64,000 nucleotides of DNA from the NCBI GenBank assembly GCA_013239625.1, contig MU053472.1:2240884-2304883 (forward strand), in the 5' to 3' direction. Source of the stretch: Lama guanicoe (lineage: Eukaryota). The translations under genes and the position numbers were made by a program. A model generated the notes under the pieces. The model saw only the letters and a list, made by a program, of their open reading frames with translations, did not search any database and was not told where the DNA came from. Below, one piece after another: positions 52,989-64,000 of the stretch; position 1 is the first letter of the stretch, and every line of letters starts with the position of its first letter.

Positions 52989-53998
52989 TTAAGCAACAGA
53001 AAATAAACAATTTTAGAAGCACACTCAAAATTCTCAGAACTTGCTTATTCTTGTCATTTTGAAAATATCTGATCATTAAGTAATTATAAAATTTAAAAGA
53101 TCAAAATTCAAAACTATCATAAGATAAAGTTTTTATAGTTCAGTGTCTTTAAATAAAGAAGGGAAACAAAATTGCACTTAGTTGCAACATGGTAAACCAA
53201 TTTACAAACTGTGTATCTCCCAGTTAAACTACACAGAAAAACCACCTCAAAGCAGTAACTTGCATGTGAACTGAGCAATTGTGAACCAACTGCTTTTTTT
53301 ATCTTTGAAATAACTGAAATTGAAATCACTACCTTTACCACCTGTAGGTAAAGTTCTCAAAGTGATTTAAATAACTCTAATTTATACTGTATATCATATT
53401 GAATCAATATTATATTGAAAAGTATTTAAAACACAAATACACAGAACTCTGTGTATAATCTTCCTACATAAGAATATTGACAATTGTTATATCTTTATGC
53501 TGTTGTATTGTTCATAAATTATTATTATTAGCCCTTCCTGCCAAACTTTTTATGGGCATTTTCTAACTTTGAAATTTAGCCTTCAGTTATGTCTTGAAAG
53601 CCCAATTTTACCTTATGTAATAAAATATAAGCATAAAGTATATTATTTGAATCCAACTGTAGGGCTCATTTGGCTAGCAAGAAAAATATTCATGCATACT
53701 CCACCTGCCTTCTTTCACAAAATATATGAGGTAGTGTAAAGAAGACCATGGGATAACACCTGAATGCATGCCATTTCTTAAAACTGAACTGGCACCCACA
53801 AGTGAAAATATTTAGAAAACAACTACAAATAAAAGAATTTCTTCACTTTTTCTTTTCACATAGGATTATAAAATAAAATTTTTCTCTTAAGTGCAATTCA
53901 TTTAAAAAAGATAACACAAAATTCTAATAGCACCAACTTTTTCCACCTTATGGTAAAAAAATCTTTTTTTCATTGATCATCAAATAATCTCCAATTAC

Positions 53999-54158
53999 CT
54001 CTCTCTCCTTTGTGCTTGATCGCATCATAGTACACCTGAAGTAATTCATCAAAATCAGTTTTTTCTCCTCCCTGTGGTTCTACAATGACTGTCTTCACCA
54101 ACTCCAGATTATGCCATAAACCAGTGGAGAGCCAACGTTCTTTTAACTTCTCTAATAA
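53999..54158 (-). CDS. BRIP1: BRIP1/FANCJ coding exon (equivalent to human exon 15), helicase domain 2
   Basis: 160-nt exon bounded by AG (54159-60) and GT (53997-98). Encodes [53 protein letters not shown], recognisably FANCJ. Phase 0 to 1. Confidence 0.97.
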
Positions 54159-55366
54159 CTGGAAAGGGGAAAGAAAAAAAGCTTTTTTGTCCAACTGAAC
54201 AAACTTAAATTGGTTTGCTGAAAGACAATGTGACTACAATGTGACTATGGCAAGAATATTAACCTTCCTGTGTTTTATTACATAAAATGAGGAAAACAAT
54301 TATATGTCATAGAGTTGTAACTGGGTAAATTCATTCACCGGTCTAGAAAGCATTGAGTGATGCCTGGCACACAATAAGAGCTCCATAAATGTCAGCTGCT
54401 GTGGATGTTGCTACATTACTATTACTACTAACGTTACTGCTGCTACTGCTACTACTTCCATCATTGCTATCTTGGGGATTTCAAAAGCAGGAAAAAAATT
54501 ACTCCTGTCAAAGTTGATCAATTTTAAGCTATCTCTTTAAATCTAAGGTGAACTTCTTAATATCCTTAATTAAAGATTCTTTAAATGAAGATTCTTTAAG
54601 ATCATTTTATCTAACCCATAGGCATCTATGCCATTTGAAAATTTGATCATCATTAAATAAGCTGAATCAAGTAAATACATAAACAGAGACAGGTAGCCAA
54701 CAAGTAGAAAATATAAAGGCACAAATGGAACACTTAAAAAAACCACATGCTAGATTACAAAAGGTCTTTCAATAAATTTCAAAGAATTTTTATCAGATTA
54801 ACTACAATTCTAACAACAATGCAATTTTGGATTAAAAGTCAATAATATAAAGTTAGTGGGGAAAAAAATCAAACAAACATACAAGCCCAACACTAAAGAT
54901 TATATTCTTAAATTTTTAGCTATGAGTGATTTTAAAAAGCACCCATAATTCAAAACGTGCTGGATGCAGTAAAGGCAACACTTAGAAATATGCTTATAAC
55001 TTGAAATGTGTTTATTTACAAAATTTGAAACTAATTGAATTAAGCACTCTTTTTAAAAAGCTAGAAAATTAAACAGTAAATGTAAAGAAAGTAGAAATTA
55101 ACAATAAATATAAGAGCTAAAATAAATAAAAAAGACCAAAGCCAGTTGAGATTATTATGATTTAAATTGAACTATTCTACATACTTGTTTTATGCAGAGT
55201 TGAATGCAATATAGACCAATTATTGTTAATATAGGCAAGCACCAAGAAATTATTCCAAATTCTCTAGAGAACAAAAACTCATTTTTATGATGGCTTATTT
55301 CCTCAGAATTTTATGTTATCTATTTTCAGAAATAATGAGATCACAAAGCAATTTTTTTTAAATCAC

Positions 55367-55707
55367 TACTATGGTCTAAATGTTGGGTCCCTCAAAAATT
55401 TCTATGTTGTAATCCTAATCCCTGAAGATGAAAGCCTCTGAGAGGTGTTAGGTCATGAGGGTGGGGCCTTCACAAATGGGATTAGCGCTCTCATAAAAGA
55501 GATCCCACAGAGCTCACTTGCCCCTTCTAGCACCCGTGGACACAGCAAGAAGACACTGGCTTCCAATAGGAAGAGGGCCCTCACCCAACCATGCTGGCAC
55601 CCTAGTTTCAGACTTGCAGCCTCCAGAGCTGTGACAAATTAATTTCCATTGTTTACAAGCTACCAAGTCTGTGGTATTTTGTTACAGCAGACAGAATAGA
55701 CTAAGAA
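55367..55707. mobile_element. MLT1A-like MaLR solo LTR
   Basis: 'tactatggtctaaatgtt...taggtcatgagggtggggccttcacaaatgggattag...gtggtattttgttacagcag...gactaaga'. Confidence 0.88.
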
Positions 55708-56641
55708 AAATCACTAATTAGGAAAATAGTTCATTGCATGTTATGCAGTGATCAGGATATCTGGATCAATAAATATAAAAAATTCCCCAAAACACTGAAT
55801 TAACAAGTTAAAAAAATAGGGCTATTAATAATTTTAAAATCATTTTTTATTTTGAGTGCCTCAACAGTTGGCTATTAAAATTTGCTTTTCGAATGTGCAC
55901 TTCAAAGTTTCTCACCAGTGCTAAAAAGTATTAAAACTCCTGGAAGTATACAGAGCTACCTACAGTACATGTCTGAGAGTCACACTGTAGCTTCAGTTGA
56001 AAGGACAAGACTACTATAAAGTCAATAATGTTCAGAAAAATAGATTACTTTCTATAAACCCAGATGAAATGTGTCATGAATTTGCATAACTGTTGATTCT
56101 TACAACACAGATAACATTTCATCTCTGATTCCTTGAGTCTGAGATAATAACAACTTCCTGTACTATAGGCTTTGAATATTCAAGATCTAGAGAAATATTT
56201 CACATTTTACTTAAGGAAGACCATTAAGCTGATGATTCCAAAATTTATTCCATAAAATCTACTTAAGAAAGGAAGTCTGAGAAATAACAAAGCAATTGGT
56301 TCAAAATATAAAACTCCCCCCCAAAGAAACCCAGCAGGGATTTTTTTTTCCCATTATACAGAATAGAATTCCAAATATCAAAGTTGTACATGATGTAGAA
56401 AACATCTATCTTTGAGTTTACAAAAGCTTAGAAAATTTTAAAGTAGGTATGATATATGCAATGTTTCAAAATTTGTTTCAATGGATGAAGAAAAAAGACA
56501 TTTTATTTACTGGTTTTGGATTTTAAGAACCTCAGAAATTTATGGATAATGAAAATGGCCACAGGTTCATAAATAAATCGTGAATATCACAATTAAAAAG
56601 AACAATATGCACTATTAATCACTTTAAAAAAAAACATTTAT

Positions 56642-56806
56642 GGGGGGAGGATATAGCTCAAGTGGCAGAGAGCATGTTTCGCATGCATGAGGTCCTGGCT
56701 TTAATTCACAGTACTTCCTCCAAAAACAAACAAAGAAACCTAATTACCAACCTCCCCCCCGAAAAACACAAACAAATAAATAAATGAATAAAAATTTTTA
56801 AAAAAT
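56642..56806 (+). mobile_element. Full-length tRNA-derived camelid-type SINE (vic-1-like) with TSD
   Basis: Pol III A-box-like 'tagctcaagtgg', degenerate B-box and A-rich tail. 14-bp TSD AAAAAAACATTTAT at 56628-41 and 56807-20. Confidence 0.9.
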
Positions 56807-57339
56807 AAAAAAACATTTATAGCAAATATAAATTAAATCATCACATTACTGGGTCTTTAAGCCTTAAAGTTCTTTAATTCTATTACATTGTTAAAACTGA
56901 ACTGTCAGGGTATAATACTTACATGTAAGATTGTAATTAGGAGAGAACAAAAAGGGGAAAGGTGGGACACACAAAAACAAGCTACTTCTTCTAGGTTTGC
57001 ATTAGAGCTGAAAAATTTTTCGCTAATGCAAATTTTATAACTTGGACAAAATGTTTTCCCTATATAGAAATCATCCAAATTTAGTTTAATAAAAAGGAAG
57101 AATTATTTTAATTATCCAAACATAGCTAAGAAGTTATTAAGCTAATTTTTTTCAAGAAAAATTTCATGCAATCTGACATCGATTAGCCTTTCCAAAGTGT
57201 CATACTATTTACAGCCAGATTCAGAGTTATATTTTGGGCAACTCAAGCAAAGCTGAGGCAGCAAGAGATAGAGTATCAATTATGACTAGGGGCACTCTTG
57301 TTCAGAAACTTGCTCTTCAGTTGTTACCTATTTTTAATG

Positions 57340-58012
57340 TGTTAGCAAAAAATGGAGAAATTGGAAATCTCATACACTGTGGTAGGAATATAAAATGGTG
57401 CAGGTGCTTTGAAAAAAGTCTGGCAGTTCTTCAAAAGGTTAAACATAGAGCTACCATATGACCCAGCAATTACACTCATAATTAAATTCCCAAGAGAAAT
57501 GAAAAAATGTCCACACAAAAATTTATACATGAGTGTTCATAGCAGCCTTATTCATAACATCCAACAAGTAGAAAAATCCAAATATCTTTCAATTGATTAA
57601 TGGCTAAGTAAAATATGGTATATTCATACAGTGTAATATTATTTGGCCATAAAAATGAAGTACTGATGCATGCTACAACCGGGATGTACTCTGAAAACAA
57701 CATACTAAGTGAAAGAAGCCAAACAGAAAAGACTACATATATAATCCCATTTATATGAAAGTTCCAGAATAGGCAAATGTATAGAGACAAAAGTAAATTA
57801 GAGGTTGCCTGGGGCTGGGGAAGGGAGAAAGTTTAAGGGAAGACAGGAGATTAATGAGCATCACTCTTCTTTGAAGAATAATGAAAACGTTCTAAAATTA
57901 GTGATAAGTTATAGAACTTCGTGAATCTAATTTAAAAAATCACTGAATTGTACACTTTAAATAAGTGAGCTGTATGGTATGCAAATTATATCACAGTAAA
58001 GATATTTTATTA
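57340..58012 (+). mobile_element. L1MB/MC-type 3' end
   Basis: The ORF VWQFFKRLNIELPYDPAI is an ORF2 end, followed by a typical 3' UTR. Confidence 0.85.
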
Positions 58013-59689
58013 AATCAATGATAAATAGGATATAGAACTTCCAAACCACTAAAGGGGAGGAAAAGACAAAAACACAAGTCAATAGAATAAGATAAACAAG
58101 AGGGGAAAAGAAGTAAAAGAAAACACAAAATAAGTAGAAAGTAAGTCCAAATATGCCTAAAATCAAAGCAAACACAAATTTAATTCATTTATTAAAAATG
58201 AGACAATCAGATTGTTTGGAAGAAAGGGAGGGAAGAAGGAAAGGAGAGGCGAGAGAAAAAAGAAAACCAGCTGTATGTTGTTTATCAATAGACACAAAAT
58301 TATACCACAAAGATATCTTGAAAGTGATGAAGATATGAAAAAACATATGCAAGGAATATATTTATCAAAAGAAATCAACTGTATGACAGTCATAAAAAAC
58401 AGACTTCAAAGCAAAAACCTTTAAAAAAAAAGAAAACCATAGGTGTACATTCCATACACATAAAAAGTGCACCCACCAAAAAGAATCACAATCATGAATC
58501 TTAATGCATTTAAGACACAGTTTGAAAATATGGAAAGAAAAAACTGGTAAGAAATACAATCATAAACTGACCAATTCCCTAAATACCATAGAGGACTTCG
58601 TATCTCTCTAAGATATCTATAGATGAATTAGATGAAATTGGTATGAGTATAGTAGATTTAAACTTATAAGAATCATCAATCTTACTCTAACATACGTAGA
58701 AAATTTGGTGCTGAATGGAAAATAATAGTTCTTTTCAACCATGGAGCAATATGCATAACTTCACAAAGGACGTATCAATAAATTTCAAAAATCTGGAATC
58801 ATATACAGATTCACTGAAAATAGATATTAACAGAAAGGTCACTTATATCCAAATGAAATAAATTTATCTACACAGAGATCAGAAAAAGTTTCCATACAAA
58901 TCCTAGGTTCAAGAGGAAAACAAAATGGAAAAAAAAATTACTTTGAAACATTTTAGCTATTCTAGGTCCTTTGCTTTTCCGTATGAATTTTAGAATCAGC
59001 TTGTCATTTTCTACAGAATGTCAACAGCAGCATTATTTAAACAACAGAACATAAAAACAAAATATTTATTAAAGGTAATATGTAAACTGTGTTACAGTCA
59101 TACAACGGATTATAAAAAGCAATGAAAAGAACTGTCATGGATTAATAAAAATAAAAATAAATGGTAAAAATTATACACAATATCATGTCATTTTTTAAAA
59201 ACTCAGAAAAAAGCAAAACTAAGTAACATGTTATTAAGAATATATTTGTTTTGTGAAAACTGTATGTGGTAAAGTCACTTAAAAAAAGAAAGAATGATAA
59301 TTATAAACTTCATGACCATTATTAACTCTGTAGGGGTGAGCAAAGTGATGGGAACTTGAAGGGGTATCCAGATGGGTTTAACAATATTTAGTTCTCAAGT
59401 GATAGCTTTGATGTTTTTATTTTATTAATATACTTCATAATTCAAATATGTATTACATGTGACCTTATATAAATGTAAAATATGCATTTCATGTGAATGC
59501 TATTAGTAATACCAGGACAGCAGGGACAGAGGATGAAGAAAACAAATAAAAACAAAAATATTAATCCCTACAATGTTCCAGAAACAGCATCAGAAATCTA
59601 AGAATAAAGCAGAGAACATCACAGAAAAAGTCCCTACCTTCATGGCTCTCATATTACGGTGAGAGAATACTACATTCCTAAAGATGCAG

Positions 59690-60170
59690 AATAAATATGG
59701 CCTGAAACTCCAAAATTCATATTTATAGCCCAGATTGTTCCTCTGCATGCTATACTCATACGTCCAATGGCCTGATAAAATTCACCAGTTAAAAATCTCA
59801 AAGGCACCTGAAACGTCTCCTACAAGACCAGATTTATAATATTCCAGTGTTTATTATCAACAAAGGACATCAGCATTCACTGAGTTGCCTTACTAGAACA
59901 TTGAGTCATCCTAAACATCTCCCCCTCCCCCTCATCACCTAAATTCAATCTATTACCAGACCCTGTTGATGTCTGTCTTCCAAATCTCTCTCCATATCCA
60001 AAGCCACCACTTCAATCCAAGCTGTCATAATCCCCTGAAGAATTACTCCAACAGTTTCCTAACTCGATTTCCTCTTTCTTATCTATCACTCCTAGGTCTT
60101 TACATCTCAGCCCAGAGCAATATTTTCAAAATACAAATCTTACCACTTCATCTACTCACATCTCCACTTT
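59690..60170 (+). mobile_element. L2 LINE fragment
   Basis: 'atatttatagcccaga...gagtcatcct...attcaatctattacca...attactccaacagtttcctaact'. Confidence 0.6.
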
Positions 60171-61805
60171 AAAAATTCAATAAAGGGTGAGTCAACAGAC
60201 CCTCCTTGCCTCCATGGAAACACTGATACAACCACAACACATGGACCAATTACTGTTGTGAGAAATCCAGAAAACAGTTAAGAGGCTCTTGCTTCCCAGA
60301 TGAATATGAAACCAGCTGCACTGAAGACGGTAGGAAAATTCGTGGCATAACCTTTCCCTTAGTCCCTCCCCCTAGCTCAGCATAGTGCAATTGGGAGAAA
60401 AATTCCAACTCCAAGAGTCTCCCTGAGGGGGTTAAAAGAAGACTGAAATACACATTTAATGCGCAGACTTTCAGGGCGGTTGCCCAGGGGACTGGTTTTT
60501 GTCTTGCCTGAATCTATGCACTGACAGGAAGTGGTGCCAGGCTGGGAGCCTCTGAGCACAAAGGCAAAGGTTTAGATTAGCCATAGTCTCTTTCTCTGGC
60601 TCAGCGATTAACTACTGTGATAAACCCCTCAACTCCCAGTTTCTCCCTGAGGAGAGAAATTATTGGACCATATGTCCAATGTTCAATTTTTTCAGGGAGC
60701 TGAGAGACTAGTTTCTGTGTCACATATCTCAGAGTACTGACAATAGCCTGCATACGCTAGATGCCAAGGGGCCACTGAGAATAAAGGAGAGCCAGGCAGC
60801 TCGCTTGCTACTCCAGAGGACTAACAGACAGAGGCCGATACAGTGTGGTGTCCTCTACCTTGGATAGGGAGAAGAGTGGAGTACGTACATTCCAGCTTTG
60901 GGGGTACTGTGTGAGGGACTGGTTTCTGTCTTGTCCAGCTCAGAGAGCTGATGAGACCTGGCATATTCTAAAAGGCTGCTGAGAGCAAAAGAGAGCTGGG
61001 TGGCTTGCAGCAGCTCCAGAGAACCTGTAGTACTGCTAACCAAAACCAGAGGGAAGGAAAACTTATGAGCTCTTGAAAAACAGAAACTGGAAAATCCTTC
61101 TAATTAGGAACTTACACACACAAGTCAAGAGAAGGCACACCCACAGAAAAAGTTTGAGAGGCCGCCAGAATCTGTAGCTGAGCTGAATGGTGAAGATATT
61201 TCCCTGTACAGAGCCAGTCCATAAAAGACTGAGAGAAGTGGCTATTTTTTCAGATGGGTAGATACAAACACAAAGTTACATGAAACACAAAGAAACTAGG
61301 GAAAATGGCCCAATCAAAGGAACAAAATAAACTCGAGGAACCAACCATATAGAAATGGAGGCATATGAATTACCTGACAAAGAATTCGAAATAACCATCA
61401 TAAAGATGCTCAACAAGCTCAGGAAAATGATACATGAACAAAATGAGAATTTCAAAAAAGAGATAGAAAATATAAAAAAGAACCAAGCCAATTTTGGAGC
61501 TAAAGAATATGACAATTGAATTGAAAAATTCACCAGAGCATAAATAAATGAAATAGAGAATAGAACAAAATAGAGAAATGAAAGTGTGTTCTTTGAAGAT
61601 CAACAAAATTGACAAATCTTTAGCTAACCTGACTAAGGAAAAAAAAAAAAAGAAGATTCAAATTATTTAAACCACACAAGAAAGTAGAAACTTTACTGTC
61701 AACTTTACAAAAATAAAAAAGATTTCCATACTACGAATAACTGCACCAAACTGGTATGTAATGAATAAATTCCTAGAAACACACAACATACAAAAACTGA
61801 ATCAT

Positions 61806-61912
61806 CGGGGATTGAAGCTAATATTTGTAGTAACTGTAAATGGAGTGCAACCTTTATAAATTGTATAAAAAATTTTAACATAATAAACTTTTAAAAATAA
61901 AATTCTTAGAAC
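61806..61912 (+). mobile_element. Short L1 3' tail nested in the L1, with TSD
   Basis: 'aatatttgtagtaactgtaaatggagtgcaacc' plus A-rich tail. Flanked by ACTGAATCAT (61796-805) and ACTGAATTAT (61913-22). Confidence 0.65.
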
Positions 61913-63106
61913 ACTGAATTATGAACAGAAAATATGAATTGACTTACACAAGTAACAAGATTAAATCAGTAATCAAAAACCTTTCAGCAAAGAAAAGCCC
62001 TAGACCAGATGGCTTCACTGATGAATTCCATCTAATATTAAAAAGAATTAATATCAATCCTTTTCACACTGATCCAAAAAACTGATGAAGAGAGAACATT
62101 TCCTAACTCATTCTAGAGGCCAGCATTGCCCTGATACCAAAGGCAGATAAAAACACTGAGGGCAAAGAAACTACAGACTACCATTCTTCATAAATATTGA
62201 TGCAAAAATCCTCAACATATACTAGCAAACAAAATGCAGCAACATACCAAAAGTATTATACATCATGACTAATTGGGATTTCCTCCTGGAATGCAAGAGT
62301 TGTTCAACATATGAAAATCCATCAATGTAATACACAACATTAATAGAATGAAGAAAAAAATACATGATCATCTTAATTGATCATCAAAAAAATCATTTGA
62401 CAAAATTCAATACCTTTTCATGATAAAAACAGTCAAACTAGGAAGGGAAGGAAGCTTTCTAAACATACTAAAGGTCATATATGAAAAGTCCACTTCTAAT
62501 ATCATACACTGTGATAAACAGCTGAAAGCTTTTCTCCTAAAATCAGGAACAAAGATGCCCCAATTTTGCCACTTCAATTAAACAGAGCAATTAGGCATGA
62601 AAAAGAAATAAAAGGTATCCAAATTGGAAAAGAAGAAGTAAAACTATCTGTTCACAGATGACATGGTCTTCAATCTAGAAAAACCTAACCCCCCACCAAA
62701 TACACATAGACATCACAAACCAAAAACATTTGTTAGAGCTAATAAATGAAATCAGTAAAGTTGCAGGATACAAAATCAGTATGCAAAAATTGGCTCATTT
62801 CTATATACTAACAATGAACAACCATAAAAGGAAATTTCTAAGAATACAATTCCATTCACAATATCATCACAAAGAATAGACTATTTAGGAATCAGTTTAA
62901 CCAAGGGGTGAAATATTTGTACACTGAAAACTACAAAACTGCTGAAAGAAATGAAAGAAACATAAATAAATGGACAGACATCCAATGTTCATGGACTGGA
63001 ACATTTAACATTATTAATGTGACAATAATACCTTAATCAATTTACAGATTCAGTACAATCCTTAACAAAATCTTTTTTTTTTTTTTGCAGAACAAGAAAA
63101 ACTTAT

Positions 63107-63849
63107 CTTTTTTCAATTGAAGTAGAGTCAGTTACAATGTGTCAATTTCCGGTGCACAGCATAAGCATAATGTCCCTGTCATGCATATATATATATATAC
63201 ATATTTTCATTTTCATATTCTTTTTCATTAAGTTATTACAAGATATTGAATATGTTTCCCTGTGCTATACAGAAGAAATTTGTTTTTTATCTATTTTTAT
63301 ATATAGTGGTTAACATTTGCAAATCTCAAACTTCCAAATTTATCTCTTCCCATCCCCTTTCCCCAGTAACCATAGATTGTTTACAATGTCTGCAAGTCTG
63401 TTTCTTTTGTAGGTGTGTGTATTAGTGGTCTCTTTTTTTCTCTTTTTCTTTTTCAGGTTCTACATATGAGTGATATCATATGGTATTTTTCTTTCTCTTT
63501 CGGGCTTACTTCACTTAGAATGACGATCTCAGGCCCATCCAAGTTGCTATAAACAGCATTATTTTATTGCTGAGTAGTATTCCATAAATATACTACAGCA
63601 TCTTTATCCAGTCATCTGTAAATGGTCATTTAGTTTGCTTCCATGTCTTGGCTATTGTAAATAGTGCTGTGTGAATACTGGGGTGCATGTATCTTTTTGA
63701 ATTAGAGTTCCCTCCAAATAGATGCCCAGGAATGGGATTGCTCAATCATAGGGTAAGTCTATTTTAAGTTTTTCTGAGGAATCTCTATATTGTTTTCCAT
63801 AATAGCTACACCAAACTACATTCTCACCAGCAGTGTAGGAGGGTCCCCT
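63107..63849 (-). mobile_element. Young antisense L1 3' fragment nested in the older L1, with TSD
   Basis: Same family as 852-1430. TSD AAGAAAAACT at 63094-103 and 63850-59. Confidence 0.9.
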
Positions 63850-64000
63850 AAGAAAAACTCATATGAAAATTCATATGGAATCAAAAGGGATCCCAAATAG
63901 CCAAAACAATCTTGAAAGAAAAAGAACAAAGTTGGAGGACTCACTTCTCTTAATTTCAAAACTTACTACAAAGATACAGCAATCAGTGTTCTACTGGCAT

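Larger units (their letters stand above)
60190..64000 (+). mobile_element. Degenerate LINE-1 (5' UTR, ORF1 start, deleted ORF2), continuing past the window
   Basis: ORF1-like 'gaattacctgacaaagaattcgaaataaccatcataaagatgctc'. ORF2 RT-region DNA 'gaccagatggcttcactgatgaattc' and 'gttcacagatgacatg'. Confidence 0.88.

Noticed and set aside
56642..56720. tRNA gene
   Set aside because: The tRNA-like head has a degenerate B-box, an A-rich tail and a TSD, so it is a SINE.

Overview
AT-rich, repeat-rich mammalian DNA, most likely camelid, judging by a vic-1-type tRNA-derived SINE and young lineage-type L1 3' ends. It holds the 3' part of BRIP1/FANCJ on the minus strand: six coding exons matching human exons 15-20, a ~3.7 kb 3' UTR and ~13 kb of downstream sequence. 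Three observations stand out. (1) The 3' end of exon 19 carries frameshifts and stop codons, but an internal in-frame donor (AAG|GTAAAG) upstream of them would rescue the reading frame, which suggests 93 nt of exon has become intron. (2) A frameshift in the last exon removes ~55 C-terminal codons while keeping the BRCA1- and TOPBP1-binding motifs. (3) Downstream of the putative poly(A) site lie same-strand, splice-site-bounded decayed exons with two CxxC-like knuckles. These may be relics of an ancestral C-terminal zinc-binding extension of BRIP1, or of a lost neighbouring gene. Comparisons with human BRIP1 and repeat subfamily names are from recall, not from alignments or database searches.
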